From Catajapyx aquilonaris (lineage: Eukaryota): a stretch of 64,000 bases of DNA. The notes under the pieces were generated by a model. The model made no database searches. It worked only from the letters and a program-made list of their open reading frames with translations, and was not told where the DNA came from. The DNA lies in contig KZ538081.1 in the NCBI GenBank assembly GCA_000934665.2, forward strand, positions 1 to 64,000. The letters are read 5' to 3'. The position numbers and the translations under genes were made by a program. This document shows positions 1-13,574 of this stretch, piece after piece (the stretch's first letter is position 1; the number at the start of each line of letters is the position of its first letter).

Positions 1-3000
1 GGGGGTGTCACTATGTCTTAAGAGTGAGTCAGTCCAATGCATAAAATAAGGTGACAACAACAGGTAACAACATCTTATAGCTGTTTCTCATCACACATAG
101 AATTGTCTACACTGACTCATCACCAACGTGCATGTAGTTGCCATAGTTACCACGTGGAGTGGGACTAGCCTCTGCGCCAACTGGTAGTGGCATGTCGTAC
201 TACGTCCAAGCGGGCCGGGCAGTGTTGCCATATTTTGGCGCCTGATTCACTACTAGTACACTGTATGCTTGAACAGTTCTGACTTGCCCTGTACAGCACA
301 CTAAGGAAAAGAAGAAACAAGATGACAATAGATAGTCCAGTCCGAGAAGGAAGGAACACGTGTGTAAAGTTAGACAACGTCTCTGAATATGGCTCGAATG
401 ATTAAATGAAGACATGCATTGCAAGTCACATGTTCGTTGCAATTAATCTCATGGAGATGGGATCGAAAAACTTTGATGCCATCAATGTTTCAGGAGTTAA
501 CTTTCATTTCATAACCATTTGTTTGCAAGATTAGTTTGATAATAATTTTTGTTTGGCAACAGTGCGACCGCCATTTTCGGTCCGTTTGCTCCTTCTAGAC
601 TCGTTGTAATATTATCGAATGAAAACCGATGCAGTGATTGATTTTTGTTGTCTTGGCAAGGCGCACGATATCCAGAGACGTATGCTTAGTTTTCTGTGAG
701 TGTATGTTTTTGCAGACATGTGCGCAAGAAATTAATTTATTCTCTTAAAATTCGTACAGTGCATCATATGGCTCAATTCTAATCGGATTAACTGCACATT
801 AAAATATTGCAGGTATGCTAATTAATTTCGCCATATTCGCTCCGACTTTAAGGTGCGTAATAATTGACCTTGACCCAGAAGTTGATTCGAGAACCAGCTT
901 TATCTGCACTTTTTTTTCTGCGTGCAATTTCGACACAGTTGTGTTTCGACTGCCGAGAGAAGAAGGAAAAAAAAAATTGTCGTGACGTAGTTCTTAGTTC
1001 ATAACTCCTGAATGATTGACTGCGTGGGCGGCTACTTCTGGATGATTCATGCGCAATAATCTGTCTTCCAGGGAATAAAACCCACGCCAAAATGTGGCTT
1101 AGTAGTACATGATGCCAAAAGTTGTAGATTTTGTGCGAAAAAAGACAGCATTATTAATAAGAAGTGTGTAGTAACATGCTGAGGGTCAACAACTCCTCAA
1201 TTCTTTATCACTTTAAGCGGTCCTTTCCCGCACCCTCCTAGAACCGAAAAAAAGTGTGGTAAAAGTGCCAGAGTGAAGAGGCTTTAGGACTTTTATGACG
1301 CAATTTCCGTTTTAACCGAGGTCCCCCCCCCCCCTTCTGCGTGCATTTAAGACACGTGTATATAGCCAGGAGTGTGAGGCCCTTGCCGAAAACTAGTGTG
1401 AATTTTTTAAGGGTCTCAAGGACCTACTGACGTTGGATTAACGCAAACTGGGCGGATGCTAATTCAGGACTGATTTAGATGCTTCAATTATTTGGGAAGA
1501 GGTTTTTTTTTTTTGGTCTCTTTGTAGGTCACTGCTCACCACACTATTTCACTGTACAGTGCGAATTTGTTCAAGCACATTCCGCTGTGTACTGTTCACC
1601 ACAAAATTTTAGATGAAAAACTTGCAATTATTGTTTGTATTTTGAGTAGTGTGAAAGTCGCACTTGCCAATAATTTTTGTTCTTGAAGAAACGTCCATAT
1701 TGTATAATTTAATTGGTAGATGATGTTAGAGCCACATGTTTAATATCAGGATCGTAATGAAACTGATATTTGCACTCATAATTTCCAGCCTGACATTGAG
1801 CAATCATTGATTTATTTGGGATTGTAGTTTCAGCTTTAAAAATGGGAATCATCTACGATTCAACATTGTCGTAATATTTTCATAGAAATTTTAAAGACTT
1901 ATATAGCGTGGGCATTGACAATAATTTGCAAAATTCTGGATTATAAGCACAGATATTTTTCAACTCAGAAAGCAGACATGACCACGTCAATAATGGAATG
2001 TATAGCCTTCTTTATTTCTTGGAAAAAATTTCCATCTAGCTTTGTGTCTACAACCTACTCTATTTGCACAGCCTATCTGATGAGTCAAAATACTTGGTAG
2101 ATGGAATCCAAATTCCTAATGAGGTTGGAAGAGTAAATATAGTGAACTAAAAGTAAGTCCAGAGTAAAATTACATCTAGTGTTTTACTGCATATGTACAC
2201 GAGCAATGAGCATGTATATTTTATTGTTAGTGCCATTTATACGTGAGATATCAATAACTCGGTTATCAATATTTACATGACATTACCTTCAACCTTTGCG
2301 ATTCTAAATGAATTGTGTCCAGTGGACACAACTCACATTCAGTCCAAAATCGTTTCTAATTAATTTAAATCATAAATTAGTAATCGAAATCTTTTAAATG
2401 TTGGGTATTGAGTCAAACACTGTCCGTTTTATAAGAGAAATGATTCTATTTTGCGTCCAACCTAGAAATTGGCTACCGTTTAAGTAACAATGTGACGTTG
2501 CCAAGTTGGGCTGCCAGGTGGGACAAACGGTCGCGTTCGAATACAAATTTTGGCCAGCATTGAAGTTGGCACGTTTGGTGTCCGCATGCTGTGAATGTGC
2601 ACGTGCATTGCGGAAGACGCGTGGCCTACTTGCCTTAGAGATAGAAAAAATAATAATTTATAAATTCAGATCAGTTGCCAACGTTGCGGATGACTACTCT
2701 GGTGCCATCTATATATTTTTTTGTAGTTGTTGTCGAGGGGTGAAGGCTTGTGTTCTTTGGCACAAAAAGAGAGACTGCAGCAATATTCATATTCATGTTG
2801 TGAGAGAAACAGGAGGGGTGGCTTGTTATTGCTCCGTATTGCGCATGGTGCAATTCCACAGATCAATGGAGATTACTTCGGACAATTATTCACTGACTGC
2901 AGATAGGCCATCGCACACCATCTAGAGTCGGAAATTAACAGGTCAGCCACGCTCGTTATTCCGTATTTTAAAGGTGTAGTTGGCAGTCTGAATTTGCGAG

Positions 3001-3109
3001 AAAGCTTATGTCCCGTTTGTCTATAACTCTGTTTAGCAAGGAAGCAGTGAGTGTACTGTACATTTTGTGCAATTTTCTTGAACCGGCTGAAAGATACCTC
3101 GTATGATTT

Positions 3110-3380
3110 ATTGGTTAGGTTAGGATAGATCAGGTCAGATCAGATAAGTTTATATCAGGTTTGGGTTGGGTTAGGATAGGTTAGGATAGGTCAGATCAGA
3201 TCAGTTTAGATCAGGTTAGGGTTGGGTTAGGTTAGGTTAGGTTAGATCAGGTTGGGTTAGATTAGATAATATAAGGTTTGGTAAGCTTAGGTTAGACTAG
3301 ATCATGTTAGATTAGGTTGGGTTAGGTTAGGGTTGCGTCATGTAAGGGTAGGCCAGGTTAGGCTCTGTTAGGTTAGGTGT
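3110..3380. repeat. Degenerate (TTAGG)n / (GATCA)n pentamer tract
   Basis: ggttaggttagg runs mixed with gatca units. Confidence 0.85.
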
Positions 3381-4965
3381 ATATAATTACGTCACATTTG
3401 TGAAGCATTCTCAATGCAGATATACCCCAGAATAAGTCCAAGATTTGTTTACCAGTTCCTTATTATTAACCCGGATCAAATCGTATGGAACTTCCTGATT
3501 TCAGTGTACTGAGCATATTATAATATTACAGTTTGGATAGGCGAATATCATAATGTGAATATAACCAGGCACATTAATACGTCTGATATTCAGAATTTGC
3601 AACGTACAGATATTATTAGTACAATGTATCCGGACCCTTAGGTTATCAGCCCCATCAATGCATCAGCCGGTTTACTTAAACTCCGGATATTAACCGGTGA
3701 TGGTGCACAACAATATATGTATGCGGATATGGCTTGCTGATTTTAGACGGTTGGGTGAAAGACAGTTGTAACCACCCTCCTTTTTTTTGTGTGTCCCCTT
3801 CCCCTGTACCCACCCTCTTCCCAACCCTTCCCAACCCTTCCCCCCCGATGCCTAGCCGGCGATGACGTCAACTGGTCTCTCATTGATTTGGGCTTCCGCG
3901 TACGCCCTTTGGTGAATATGAGTCGCAATGAATGAACTGTGGTGCAGGGACTGGGAGGGATGGGAGAGGTGGAAAAAAATGGCAAAGAGAAAATATTTGC
4001 CGCTTGCAGACAGATATTTTTTTTTTGGTTTTTTTGTGAGTTGCAAAAATAACGGTGGGGGGCAAATCGGCAAATTCTTTTTCGCTAAATTTTTGCAAAA
4101 GGATGAAAGTATGTAACGGATTGGAGAAAGGCTAGAGCGATAATTTTTTTGAGAGAGAGAGGATGGTGATGCTAATATTAGAGGATGAAAGGTCTTTCAG
4201 TTTTGCGAATTCCAAGTACTCCCAGTTTCAAAGTTTGTATGACTACGTACTCGAATTTGGCCGATTTCACATTATGACTAATTACGTTTATTACGAAAGA
4301 TTATGCTACTTAGAAGTGAAGTAAAACTGATCAGTTCTGACTCACCCTGTAATCGTGCTTTTGGATCATAGTGTATTTGAAAATTAAATTGAGTGCATTC
4401 TTCATTTGATTCGGTACTTCCAACAGACATTTACCAACGTACTGAGGTAGCATATAATTGCGATTCAAAATTATAGATTGATGTATGGTAACCTCATTGA
4501 CTTAGTTATAGCTACCAGACTTGCAAAAGGTTCTGTACTACCTTTTGTGGCGGTTTATCCAGTACCTGAGAATTCAGGCCTTCATGGACTCCACTGCTCG
4601 ACCGCTATTTAAAGTTTCATACTTAACAACGGCAGACGCAGACTAAATAAAGAAGCAACATCAGGAGGGGTGGGCTGAAACGCCTTTTTTATATAAAAAA
4701 TGCGCTTTAGTCATCGGTTTGTAAAATAAACCTGTTTTCCACAAATAACATAATTAATATTAAACGACCTGTGACGTATTAGGGCTATTTTTGTATCGAG
4801 TTACTCTCGTGGGTTTTACTGATAGCTAATGGAAACTGAGTTTATCCTGAATGGCCAGCAACCCTGCGAGCAAAAGAGGCGTGAGTGTGGCCCTTAACTG
4901 TTAGGATAACCTATTGACTAATAATTGCACAGTTGACCACATTTTAGCAAATGTTTCTTTTGCAG

Positions 4966-5223
4966 GTGATCTGGGTGTGCTTGCTGTGCCGAAAGAAGCA
5001 GGAGCTGCTGATAAAGACGGGCAAGTGGCTGCATGGGACGTTTGGAAAGGAAGGTGACCCGTCTGACCCCGGGGCCCTCCTGACTCCTGGAACCCCCACG
5101 ACCCTCACCCCCACCTCAACCCCAACCCCCATCCATCGCCTGGAGAGGGCAGCCTCGGCCGAGAAGGAGAACAGACCCGGACACGGACTCGCAGCATCCC
5201 TGCAGAGGACCGGCAGCTTGCAG
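4966..5223 (+). CDS. Rim: Rim exon: end of Zn finger (VIWVCLLCRKKQELLIKTGKW...LQRTGSLQ); upstream exons lie outside the window
   Basis: tttgcag|GTG acceptor, CAG|gtcagc donor, phase 0-0. WVCxxCRKKQE is the C-terminal half of the RIM Zn finger. Confidence 0.93.
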
Positions 5224-5243
5224 GTCAGCATCGCTCGAGTTAT

Positions 5244-5516
5244 CGGAAGATCTTTACTACACGACGAAGAGAGTAGCCAATCTCTGACCAGTCTGACGTC
5301 GCGTCGTCTCTGATTGGCTGGAGTAATCATGGAGGCCGCCATCTTGCGTTGTTGTGGAAAAAGTGGCTGGTTCTGACGTCATGGTCGACTCAGATTGGCT
5401 GGAGCCAGGTCTGTACTACTGCAGCTAATCAGAGACGACGTGACGTCAGAGGTTGGCAACGCTCTCCCTCGAAGCTCTCTACCCCCGCCACTTCGTCTCA
5501 TAGTAAAGATCAGCCG
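5244..5516. mobile_element. MITE family M1 (TIR CGG..GATCTTTACTA / TAGTAAAGATCAGCCG)
   Basis: Terminal inverted repeats; a second, shorter copy lies at 43074-43180. Confidence 0.7.
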
Positions 5517-5523
5517 AATTAAT

Positions 5524-5994
5524 GCCTGTTTACGCCTCACGATTTGAGCCTCGGTCGCACGACCCGACGCTTTACGACCGAATGGGCTCCCCTACGTCCG
5601 GTTGCTACTACTGGAGGCATAAGACTACCAAACCGACCAAAATAGAAACGGTCGTACGACCAGACGCTTTGCGACCGACTAAATTTGGCTCCTCTATGTC
5701 CGATCGGAACGACTGGAGACATACAACCGTTTCTATTTTGGTCGGTTTGGTGGTCGTATTCTTCCAGTCCGACCGCACCTATAGGAAAGACAATTTCTGT
5801 CGGTCTCATGCATCTGGTCCTGCGACCGAGGCTTAGGTCTGAACGACTGGTGGCATGCGACCGCCAAACCAACCAAAATAGAAACGGCCGCATGCCTCCA
5901 GTCGTTCAGAGCGGACCTAGGGGAGCCAATTTTTGTAGGTCGTAAAGCGTCAGGTCGTGCGACCGAGGCTCAAATCGTGACGTCATAAACAGGC
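5524..5994. mobile_element. Foldback-like MITE with ~55-bp TIRs and internal inverted repeats
   Basis: gcctgttta...cacgatttgagcctcggtcgcacgacc...ctttacgacc versus its reverse complement at 5938-5994. Confidence 0.8.
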
Positions 5995-5995
5995 C

Positions 5996-6362
5996 CTTAT
6001 CGTGACTTCAAACTTCATCGCTAGAGTTATCGTGATTTCAACCTTCATTGACAGAGTTATCCTGATTCTTCATCGCCAGAGTTATCCTGATTCGTAATCG
6101 CTAGAGTTATCCTGATTTCAACCATCATCGCTAGCGTTATCCTGATTTCAACCATCATCGCTAGCGTTATCCTGATTTCAACCTTCATCGCTAGAATTAT
6201 CGTGCTTTCAACCTTCATTGCCTGAGTTATCCTGATTCTTCATCGCTATTTATCGTGATTTCAACCATCATCGCTAGAGTTATCCTGATTTCAACCATCA
6301 TCGCCAGAGTTATCCTGATTTCAACCATCATCGCCAGAGTTATCCTGATTTCAACCTTCATT
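5996..6362. repeat. 30-bp minisatellite (~12 copies, ttatcctgatttcaaccatcatcgctagag)
   Basis: Tandem array ending ~15 nt before the Rim acceptor at 6376. Confidence 0.92.
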
Positions 6363-6376
6363 GGCTTCATTTCCAG

Positions 6377-7055
6377 GGTCGGGAGCTGAGACGGCAGTTC
6401 TCGCAGCAGGAGAGCGAGAGAGGTTGGAGCGAGGGCATCGGTCGCATCCAGCCTGCGACCCCGAGGCGACTCTCGGTGGGTTCGGGAGACGAGAGGGGCA
6501 GTCGGGAACGAGGAGGAGACCGGGAACGAGGAGGTGGAGGAGACCGGGAATACCGGACTCTCCCGAGGGAACCGACCGCCAGGAGAGGACGAGACCCTTC
6601 GAGCGAGCGGGAGTGGTGGGAGCGAGAGCGGGTGCCCAGTCTGCGTGGGGGCATCCCGGGGCCGGGGCCGCCCGTGGGTCCGCCCTCGGCCACTCTTCTG
6701 CCCCCGGGCGGCAGGGGCGGAAACAACAGCACCAGCAGCAATCATCGCGGGGGCAGAGGCGGGGCGGGAGCAGGAGGCCGGAGACGACCCGATCCGGCCA
6801 GTGTCAGTGTCAGTGCCAGTGGTAGTGTGAGTGGAAGTGTGAGTGGTTCGGTTCCCGGTGTGGCCCGCAACGACTCGCTGAGTTCGGACCAATCGGAGAG
6901 CGTTAGACCTCCGCCTCCGAAACCGCACAAGGCCAAGAGGGCCAAGAAGCTGAGGCAAAGGTCTCTCAGCAGCTCCGAAGACGAAGTGCGCTCCACTCCG
7001 GAGTGCACAAGTTGCGAGGAGCAGGAGGCTGAGAGTGAGAGTGTCTCCGAGAAAG
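6377..7055 (+). CDS. Rim: Rim exon: GRELRRQFSQ...RNDSLSSDQSESVRPPPPKPHK...RQRSLSSSEDEVRSTPECTSCEE...SESVSEK
   Basis: ttccag|GGT and GAAAG|gtaagc, phase 0-1. Contains hallmark RIM linker motifs (DSLSSDQSESVRP, SLSSSEDE, STPECTSC, ESESVSEK). Confidence 0.93.
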
Positions 7056-7279
7056 GTAAGCAAAGCACCTGTTGGAAGAACCCTTGCTTTGTGTTGGCCT
7101 CCTCTACCACCCTTTCTCATGTTTTTTTTTGTATAACCCTCGTTTGTTTTTTGGGGAGGGAGTGTGAATAAACAGGAAGGCGTACCGGTTGGAACTAACA
7201 CACTTCTTGCATCTTCCAGCTGGCGATGATAATGCTTCTTCTCTGTGACTTTCAGATGTGGAGACATGAAGCTAGGGCA

Positions 7280-7765
7280 AGACTTGGAAATACCATTCGT
7301 TTTCCCCACTTATTTTGTCTATTGATTGTAATTCCAACGCTAGTATTAGACAGACTCGACCGTTGGAAGTACTGTACAATAGTAATTCCAACGCTAGGAA
7401 GGCAGATTCGACCGTTGTAAATGCGATCATAATTCAAACTCTACAGTCCGTTAAACCAAAGAACGATATGACGTCACCGCCTCGCCTCCACCCGGCTCAT
7501 CCCTCCTATCTCATGTTCCCGAATAGCTCTGCAAGAATACTACTGCGCATGCTCAGAAAACACGGCTGGTGTGACGTCATATCGTTCTGTAGGTAGGCAG
7601 ACTCGTACGTTGGAAATACGACTGTAATTCCAACGCTAGGTAGACATGCTGGAGGGTTGGAAATAGGATTGTAATTCCAACGCTAGGTAGACAAGCTGGA
7701 GGGTTGGAAATACGATTGTAATTCCAACGCAAGGTAGACATACTGGACGGTTGGAAATACGATTT
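7280..7765. repeat. ~45-50-bp tandem repeat (gattgtaattccaacgctaggtagac...gttggaaatac) interrupted at ~7420-7590
   Basis: Repeated gtaattccaacgc and gttggaaatac units. Confidence 0.75.
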
Positions 7766-8906
7766 CTAGACAAAATAGGCGGGAAATGTAGTTCCAAGCC
7801 TGTCGACTTGCGCCAATTTCGTGCATGAATCCTGATATTGGCGAGCCTGGTAGTGCCAACCAAAAAATTGCGAAATTATCATCTGTAATATTGTAACATT
7901 ATGGCATTTTTTCTGGCGGCAATGTTGACATACAAATGATAAAGTATACGGGTCGGTTGGCACCTGGTTGGTACTTATGAATATTTGTCAAACGCCAACA
8001 GAGGAAGAGTACTTAACTTTTGCTAACAATTAGATTCGAACACACCCACTTTCTGCATCTGATAACATGATGCCCTGAAAACTATAGGCAGTCGATTGAT
8101 TTATTGATCTTTTTTCGTGACCTAAATTCAATCACTGCGTGCGAAAAATATTCGTCTCATTTAAAGGTGCAAATCGCATCATTTTGCAACGATGTCAACT
8201 ATGTAATTTTTTTGTCACTTTCTGGTAAATAACAGTGTGCACAGTTCATGTTATTCTGAGCGTTAATGCGGTGTGTTATAAAAAATCAAAAGCGGAATAT
8301 TCAGAGATGTAGGTTAACTTAAACGCTCCGTTTAAAATTCCCTGCCGTCACTTTCGCATTTTTCAGCTATAAACGTAATTAAGTAAAAGTGGATTAAAAT
8401 GTTTGTTGCTGAGAAATAATGAAATTTACCGCTTTTCATGCAACTTCTTCCCAGCCGAAAACGTCGGTTAAGTTTAAGGCCCAGTTGCACCATTGAAAGT
8501 AAATCCAGGTTTAACGGACATTATTTCGCTGCTGATAACAAGTAATTAGCATCAAAATATAGTCCGTTACGATTAATGGATCATTGGCGATCCGGGTTTG
8601 CTAGTTTTAAACAGCACGTTTAAGTGGGAACATCTCTCTAATAAATTCCGTCCTCTAATTGTAGTCAATGTTACTCTTTCATTTTTGAAAAGCCTTCGAT
8701 TTAAATTTTGTGTGTTCCTGACTTATAACAGTGACATATGAAAATATTTATGTCATTGCCTCAACAATATTTTATAGTCTCTGCGATTGTTGGAGTGTAC
8801 GATTGCTTCCCTTCATCTGACCTTATATAAGTGCGCTCAAGTTCATGACCCAGTAATTTACATTGGAATTTAGTTTGAACCCCCCCCCCCCCCCCAAAAA
8901 AAAAAA

Positions 8907-9158
8907 NNNNNNNNNNNNNNNNNNNNNNNNNNNNNNNNNNNNNNNNNNNNNNNNNNNNNNNNNNNNNNNNNNNNNNNNNNNNNNNNNNNNNNNNNNNNNN
9001 NNNNNNNNNNNNNNNNNNNNNNNNNNNNNNNNNNNNNNNNNNNNNNNNNNNNNNNNNNNNNNNNNNNNNNNNNNNNNNNNNNNNNNNNNNNNNNNNNNNN
9101 NNNNNNNNNNNNNNNNNNNNNNNNNNNNNNNNNNNNNNNNNNNNNNNNNNNNNNNNNN
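8907..9158. other. Assembly gap (N run) flanked by poly-C/poly-A and poly-G
   Basis: 252 Ns. Confidence 1.
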
Positions 9159-10734
9159 GGGGGGGGGGGGGCAAGATACGGGTCGTTTGGGTTGCTTGTC
9201 CCAATTGTTCTCTTTTTTTAAATATAATTATTGGTGACATCCGATTATGTAATCAAACAAATTGGGAGGTGGGTTCCTCTTCCTGTTACATTACTTGCGA
9301 GGATTATCATTATTATGGTATATATTACACATAGACCTACATTCACAAGGTAGTAAATTATATGCAAATTTCGTGCAAAAGACTTAAACCAATGTTTTTA
9401 TCAATCAATTATTGGCTTCTCGACAGCCCTCCATTAGTTATTGTAACCAATGGCGAAACGAGAGACTTTTTTATAGTTATGAATGACCGATGAGCGAAAA
9501 GTTTGTTTGAATCTATGTCAGGCCCTCAGAAGAAAAAAAAAATCAGGATATTAAAACCATGTCATCACGAAATGCCTTTTCCGTCCATGACGTAACTCAA
9601 TCTCTTTTAGTATTTGACTATATATATAATCATGGAAGAGTTGTGTAATATTTATGCAATACTCTCTATAATATAGTTGACAAACTTTGATAGTTTCTAG
9701 TTTAGTTATCGATCAATTTAAATTAAGGTGTAAACGATCAGTAAAAAGGCCAAATAAATACATTGCGTACAGAAATACCGACGGTGACTCAAATTAAACA
9801 ATGAAGGTGGTTCAAGTGGTACTTTTAAAGAGTGTATTGCAAAATAAATTGGCAAACTGCATTTTGAATATTCGCCGCTCTTTTCTGCAAATGTGATAAG
9901 TTCAAGTACACCATGTCATATTCTATCAGATGAAGTCATGTGAGTTCGTTCAACTTTTTTTTTTTTTTTGCATTACGTAACATAATTTGTTATGTAAAGT
10001 AAAATGCTCCAGAACTTTTCAAAGCACGCCATTATTACCAGAGCAGAACTGATAATATGAGTATCCGGATATACTNAAGAAGATGATTGCATGAGAACGA
10101 AGTTATACAAGAGCTCACTGAATAGTTTCTGAGAAGCTGGAAAATTGAATATAGTCTATACTAATGGATTATAAGCCGGTTGCACTTTTTAATCACTGTT
10201 TTCAATACTTTCTTCAATTTCGTTTTAAAGCACATTTACATGATTGTTAGAGTGTGAATTGTTTCGCAGCCACAGGTTACAGTAGCTAATGAGCCGAGTC
10301 TGAGAGCTATATCTGACCGAACCTTGGGGGATTTTCGCTTTCGATTTGTGGCCAAAGAGGAATCTGATGTTTTCGCAAAGTTTCGCTAATTCCCGGGATC
10401 CGAACTAAAAATAAGACCAGCACCACAAAACCAGGCTCTCACCAAACTTTGACAGCGGCTATGAAATAACAAGAAGTCCACATTTGGAATCTCCTGAACA
10501 CTCCAATTAATGACTAACTGCTAGGAAATTCAGCGACCATGTGCAATTGTCGCACTTGATAATTGCTGACACAACGATGACTCACTTTTAGACTATTACT
10601 GAGTGAAGAAGTTATTTAATCAATCAGTGTTTGTGTTGATCTCTTATACGTACATCTTATCACCATTTTTTGCAAATTTATTAAAATGCACTGAACTTTT
10701 CAATTCGAAATTTTTGTCATATAATTTTATTAGT

Positions 10735-11043
10735 CTACTAGCACCCGGCGTTGCCCAGGAAGAAATGAATGAAGGGAAAACACCTGCCAGTAGCCCCGTC
10801 AACTGTCAATCTTTCTGTCTGTCCGCCCACCAATGCCATCTGTGGTCCTGCTACTCCAACACCTTCAACCTCTCCAGCCTGTATAACGGCAACCGTCATT
10901 TGCCTGCCATCTGTAGTCAACCCCCAACACCTCCATCCTCTCCCGGCCTGGGGGTGGAGCACAGATGGCAGGCAAATGACGGTTCGCAGGCGGACAGACA
11001 GACAGAGAGACGGACGGACGGACGGACGGACGGACGGACAGGC

Positions 11044-11095
<52 letters not shown>

Positions 11096-11125
11096 TCACA
11101 AACGGCTTTATTTATATAGATATAT
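10735..11125 (+). mobile_element. Probable non-autonomous Helitron/Helentron-like (HINE/Lep1-type) element with a (GACA/GACG)n tail
   Basis: 5' ctactagcacccggcgttgccc, microsatellite at 10990-11095, 3' ttatttatatagat. The architecture is recalled from arthropod HINE-type elements, not searched. Confidence 0.5.
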
Positions 11126-12926
11126 AAAGTGAGAATTGTTGGAGAAATTCAGAAGTAATCACATCTAGAAATATCTTAACTTTACGAATGTAATGTTCAA
11201 TTACTGCTAAACATGTTAGTGACCTCGCCATTCAGTCTACGGAGAAATTTATTGACACCTGTTGCTGAAAAAATAATTAAAGAAAACGTTAATCACTGTG
11301 GTTGTAGTAATTGTCGACTAAAAGTGAATGTAATGCCAACTCTTACATTGCTCTGTGATATAGCTATTAACAAGTTATAAATTCAAAACCAATTATTTCA
11401 ATAGAAACTAGTTGCGTCTATACTGTAAGCTGTGTAATGACCTCTTCAGATATTTTCACGCCATACTGTGCATCACGTGTTTATTAACTTCCCAGTTGAT
11501 AACGGAAGCATTTGTCGTTCTTTTTTTCTTTGTCCAGAGCTAGTTGAAGACGCGATGCAGGTTTGCACTCGGCTGTAATCAGGAAATAAATGACCTCTAC
11601 GTAACGGGAACCGGGTTTTGCGGTCTCTTGAGTGCCAGTCAAGCACTGGGATTCCGGTATATACGACTTTGCACGCCCTCTGCCTTTTGCTGGGAAATTA
11701 AAGTACGTGTAGCGACTCGCCTATTTCTCACGTTAAAGTTGTCCGGGGATGCTCGTAAAGTCTGATGAACCTGTTCAAGGCGGGGGATAATGACGAGTCT
11801 CTTTATCTGATCAACTGTTTACTTGGTTAAATCGTATTATTTCAATAACTAATATTGAATCAAAATAGACCGAAAGAGATGCATGACGACGACTTTAGGA
11901 AAGTTCGGCTTTAATTTTATCGGCTACTTAGTACACCATGTTTCGTAATTACCCTGGAAAAAAAACTGGTGTGAGTTCCTAAGCATCAAAAGATCACACT
12001 GTGTCTGGTCCACGCAGCATCTTTGCACAGACTGGCTGTGTATGTATACAAAGAATATGTCAATTTATTTAAAATAATGATTCGAATTTCGTGACGTCAC
12101 AATCAAATATTCGAAAGTGAATATTCATAATTGCATGTTATTACCAATTTTAAAGTGCCAAATTTAGACTATCCGGATTTCAGAATTGCCTTAGAAAAAT
12201 GAATATTTTAGGATAAAGGGATTCTGCACTTTGAAAGGTCATCTCTCATCGGTTACTGTACACTGTACAGTGCTTAATGTTGAATGTATGATCTAATGAT
12301 AGCTCCCAATCACCACCGTTTCTTGCTAGTTCAAGCAACCGACACCCTAATTATTTAACGATCATTTTAAAATTAATGCAATCCTAGGCAGTTAAGGAGC
12401 GGTCTTTTCCCACCAGGGGAAAGTGTAATGAGATTAATCATTCTGGTCTCTTTAGCATTTGATTCCAAAAGCCAACAGTGAAGTTTGCAAAATAGCAACA
12501 ATCTGTCCCTAAACCACTGTTAAACTTACATTGAAAATTTAATTTTACTGATGAGTTTAATCATTCCACCCACTTTACAGTGTATTGCGTTGGAAGTGTC
12601 ACATTGCGTACACTCTATCCACACAATTAAAGATGGAATTCACGGCTTGTTTAAATTCCACCTCATGTCAATTAATTGTAAATTTAACCATCCTTCTAAT
12701 TATTACATATTAATTTGGGTCCAGTGGCATGAAGAATTTTTTTTCTCTTCAAAATTATCGATCACATTACTTCATAATTTGCAATTTGGAGATTAGAGCC
12801 AAATGTATCAAAGCAAATCAGGAAAAATGTTAAGGATGCATAATCTGCTGAGATATTTTCTTTGATTAGCCTTAGTTTATTTAAAGAAAACACTTCAAAA
12901 TTTATTATATACAATTACAAGTAATG

Positions 12927-13293
12927 TACAGTTTCCTCGGGAACCCAACAGAGGAGTTGTTTACACCCCCATTGCGCATGAGTAGAACGCGGGCCAATGG
13001 GGAGGTGGCGGTAACAATATGCGGCGGACCAATCCGAGGGCTCGGCCAACTCCCGCAAGGATTTTATTATTATAGATAGGAAAACGCTCTCTCTTTTCTA
13101 GGCCTACGGCCTGGGGTACCTATTCGGTGCACCATATCGCCGGGGAATGGACAGTTTCCCCGGCAACCCAACAGGAGTTGTTTACACCCCATTGCGCATG
13201 AGTAGAGCGCGGGCCAATGGGGAGGTGGCGGTAACAAATGCGACGGACCAATCCGAGGGCTCGGCCAACTCCCGCAAGGATTTTATTATTATA
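12927..13293. repeat. Direct duplication of a ~150-bp GC-rich block (12927-13075 and 13150-13293)
   Basis: Near-identical copies, each with tgcgcatg and two ccaat. Confidence 0.9.
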
Positions 13294-13503
13294 GAAGATC
13301 AGGGATTTCCTGTAATGTGCGTTCGTGCAATGAGCTTCACATGAGAGTGGTAAACACTGCCTAAGAATTGTTAAATTTGCGTTTAATGACATGACACGAC
13401 GCGTTTAAATTTAGACAGTGTTTCTGAATTTTGCGTAACCGGACTAACAAAAACAGGGGTCACCTGAAGGGAAGCAGAGGTCCTCATGTGTCCTTTTTTC
13501 CAG

Positions 13504-13574
13504 GAGAACCAGAACCAAGGGAGAGACGGAAGGAGGAAGAGATCCTTGATGCCAAAATTAAGAAATTTTTAGCG
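13504..13574 (+). CDS. Rim: Rim alternative exon A1 (GEPEPRERRKEEEILDAKIKKFLA)
   Basis: ttttccag|GA and GCG|gtgagc, phase 1-0. Joins 7055 to 20363 in frame. Too short for the ORF track. Confidence 0.8.

Noticed and set aside
1..4965. Rim 5' exons (Rab3-binding helix, first part of the Zn finger)
   Set aside because: No matching coding sequence was found here; they must lie upstream of the window.
6227..7309. 360-aa minus-strand ORF
   Set aside because: Shadow of the GC-rich Rim exon plus the 30-bp minisatellite (VEIRITLAMM repeats); no independent protein features.
8761..9240. ORFs spanning the N run
   Set aside because: Artefacts of the assembly gap.
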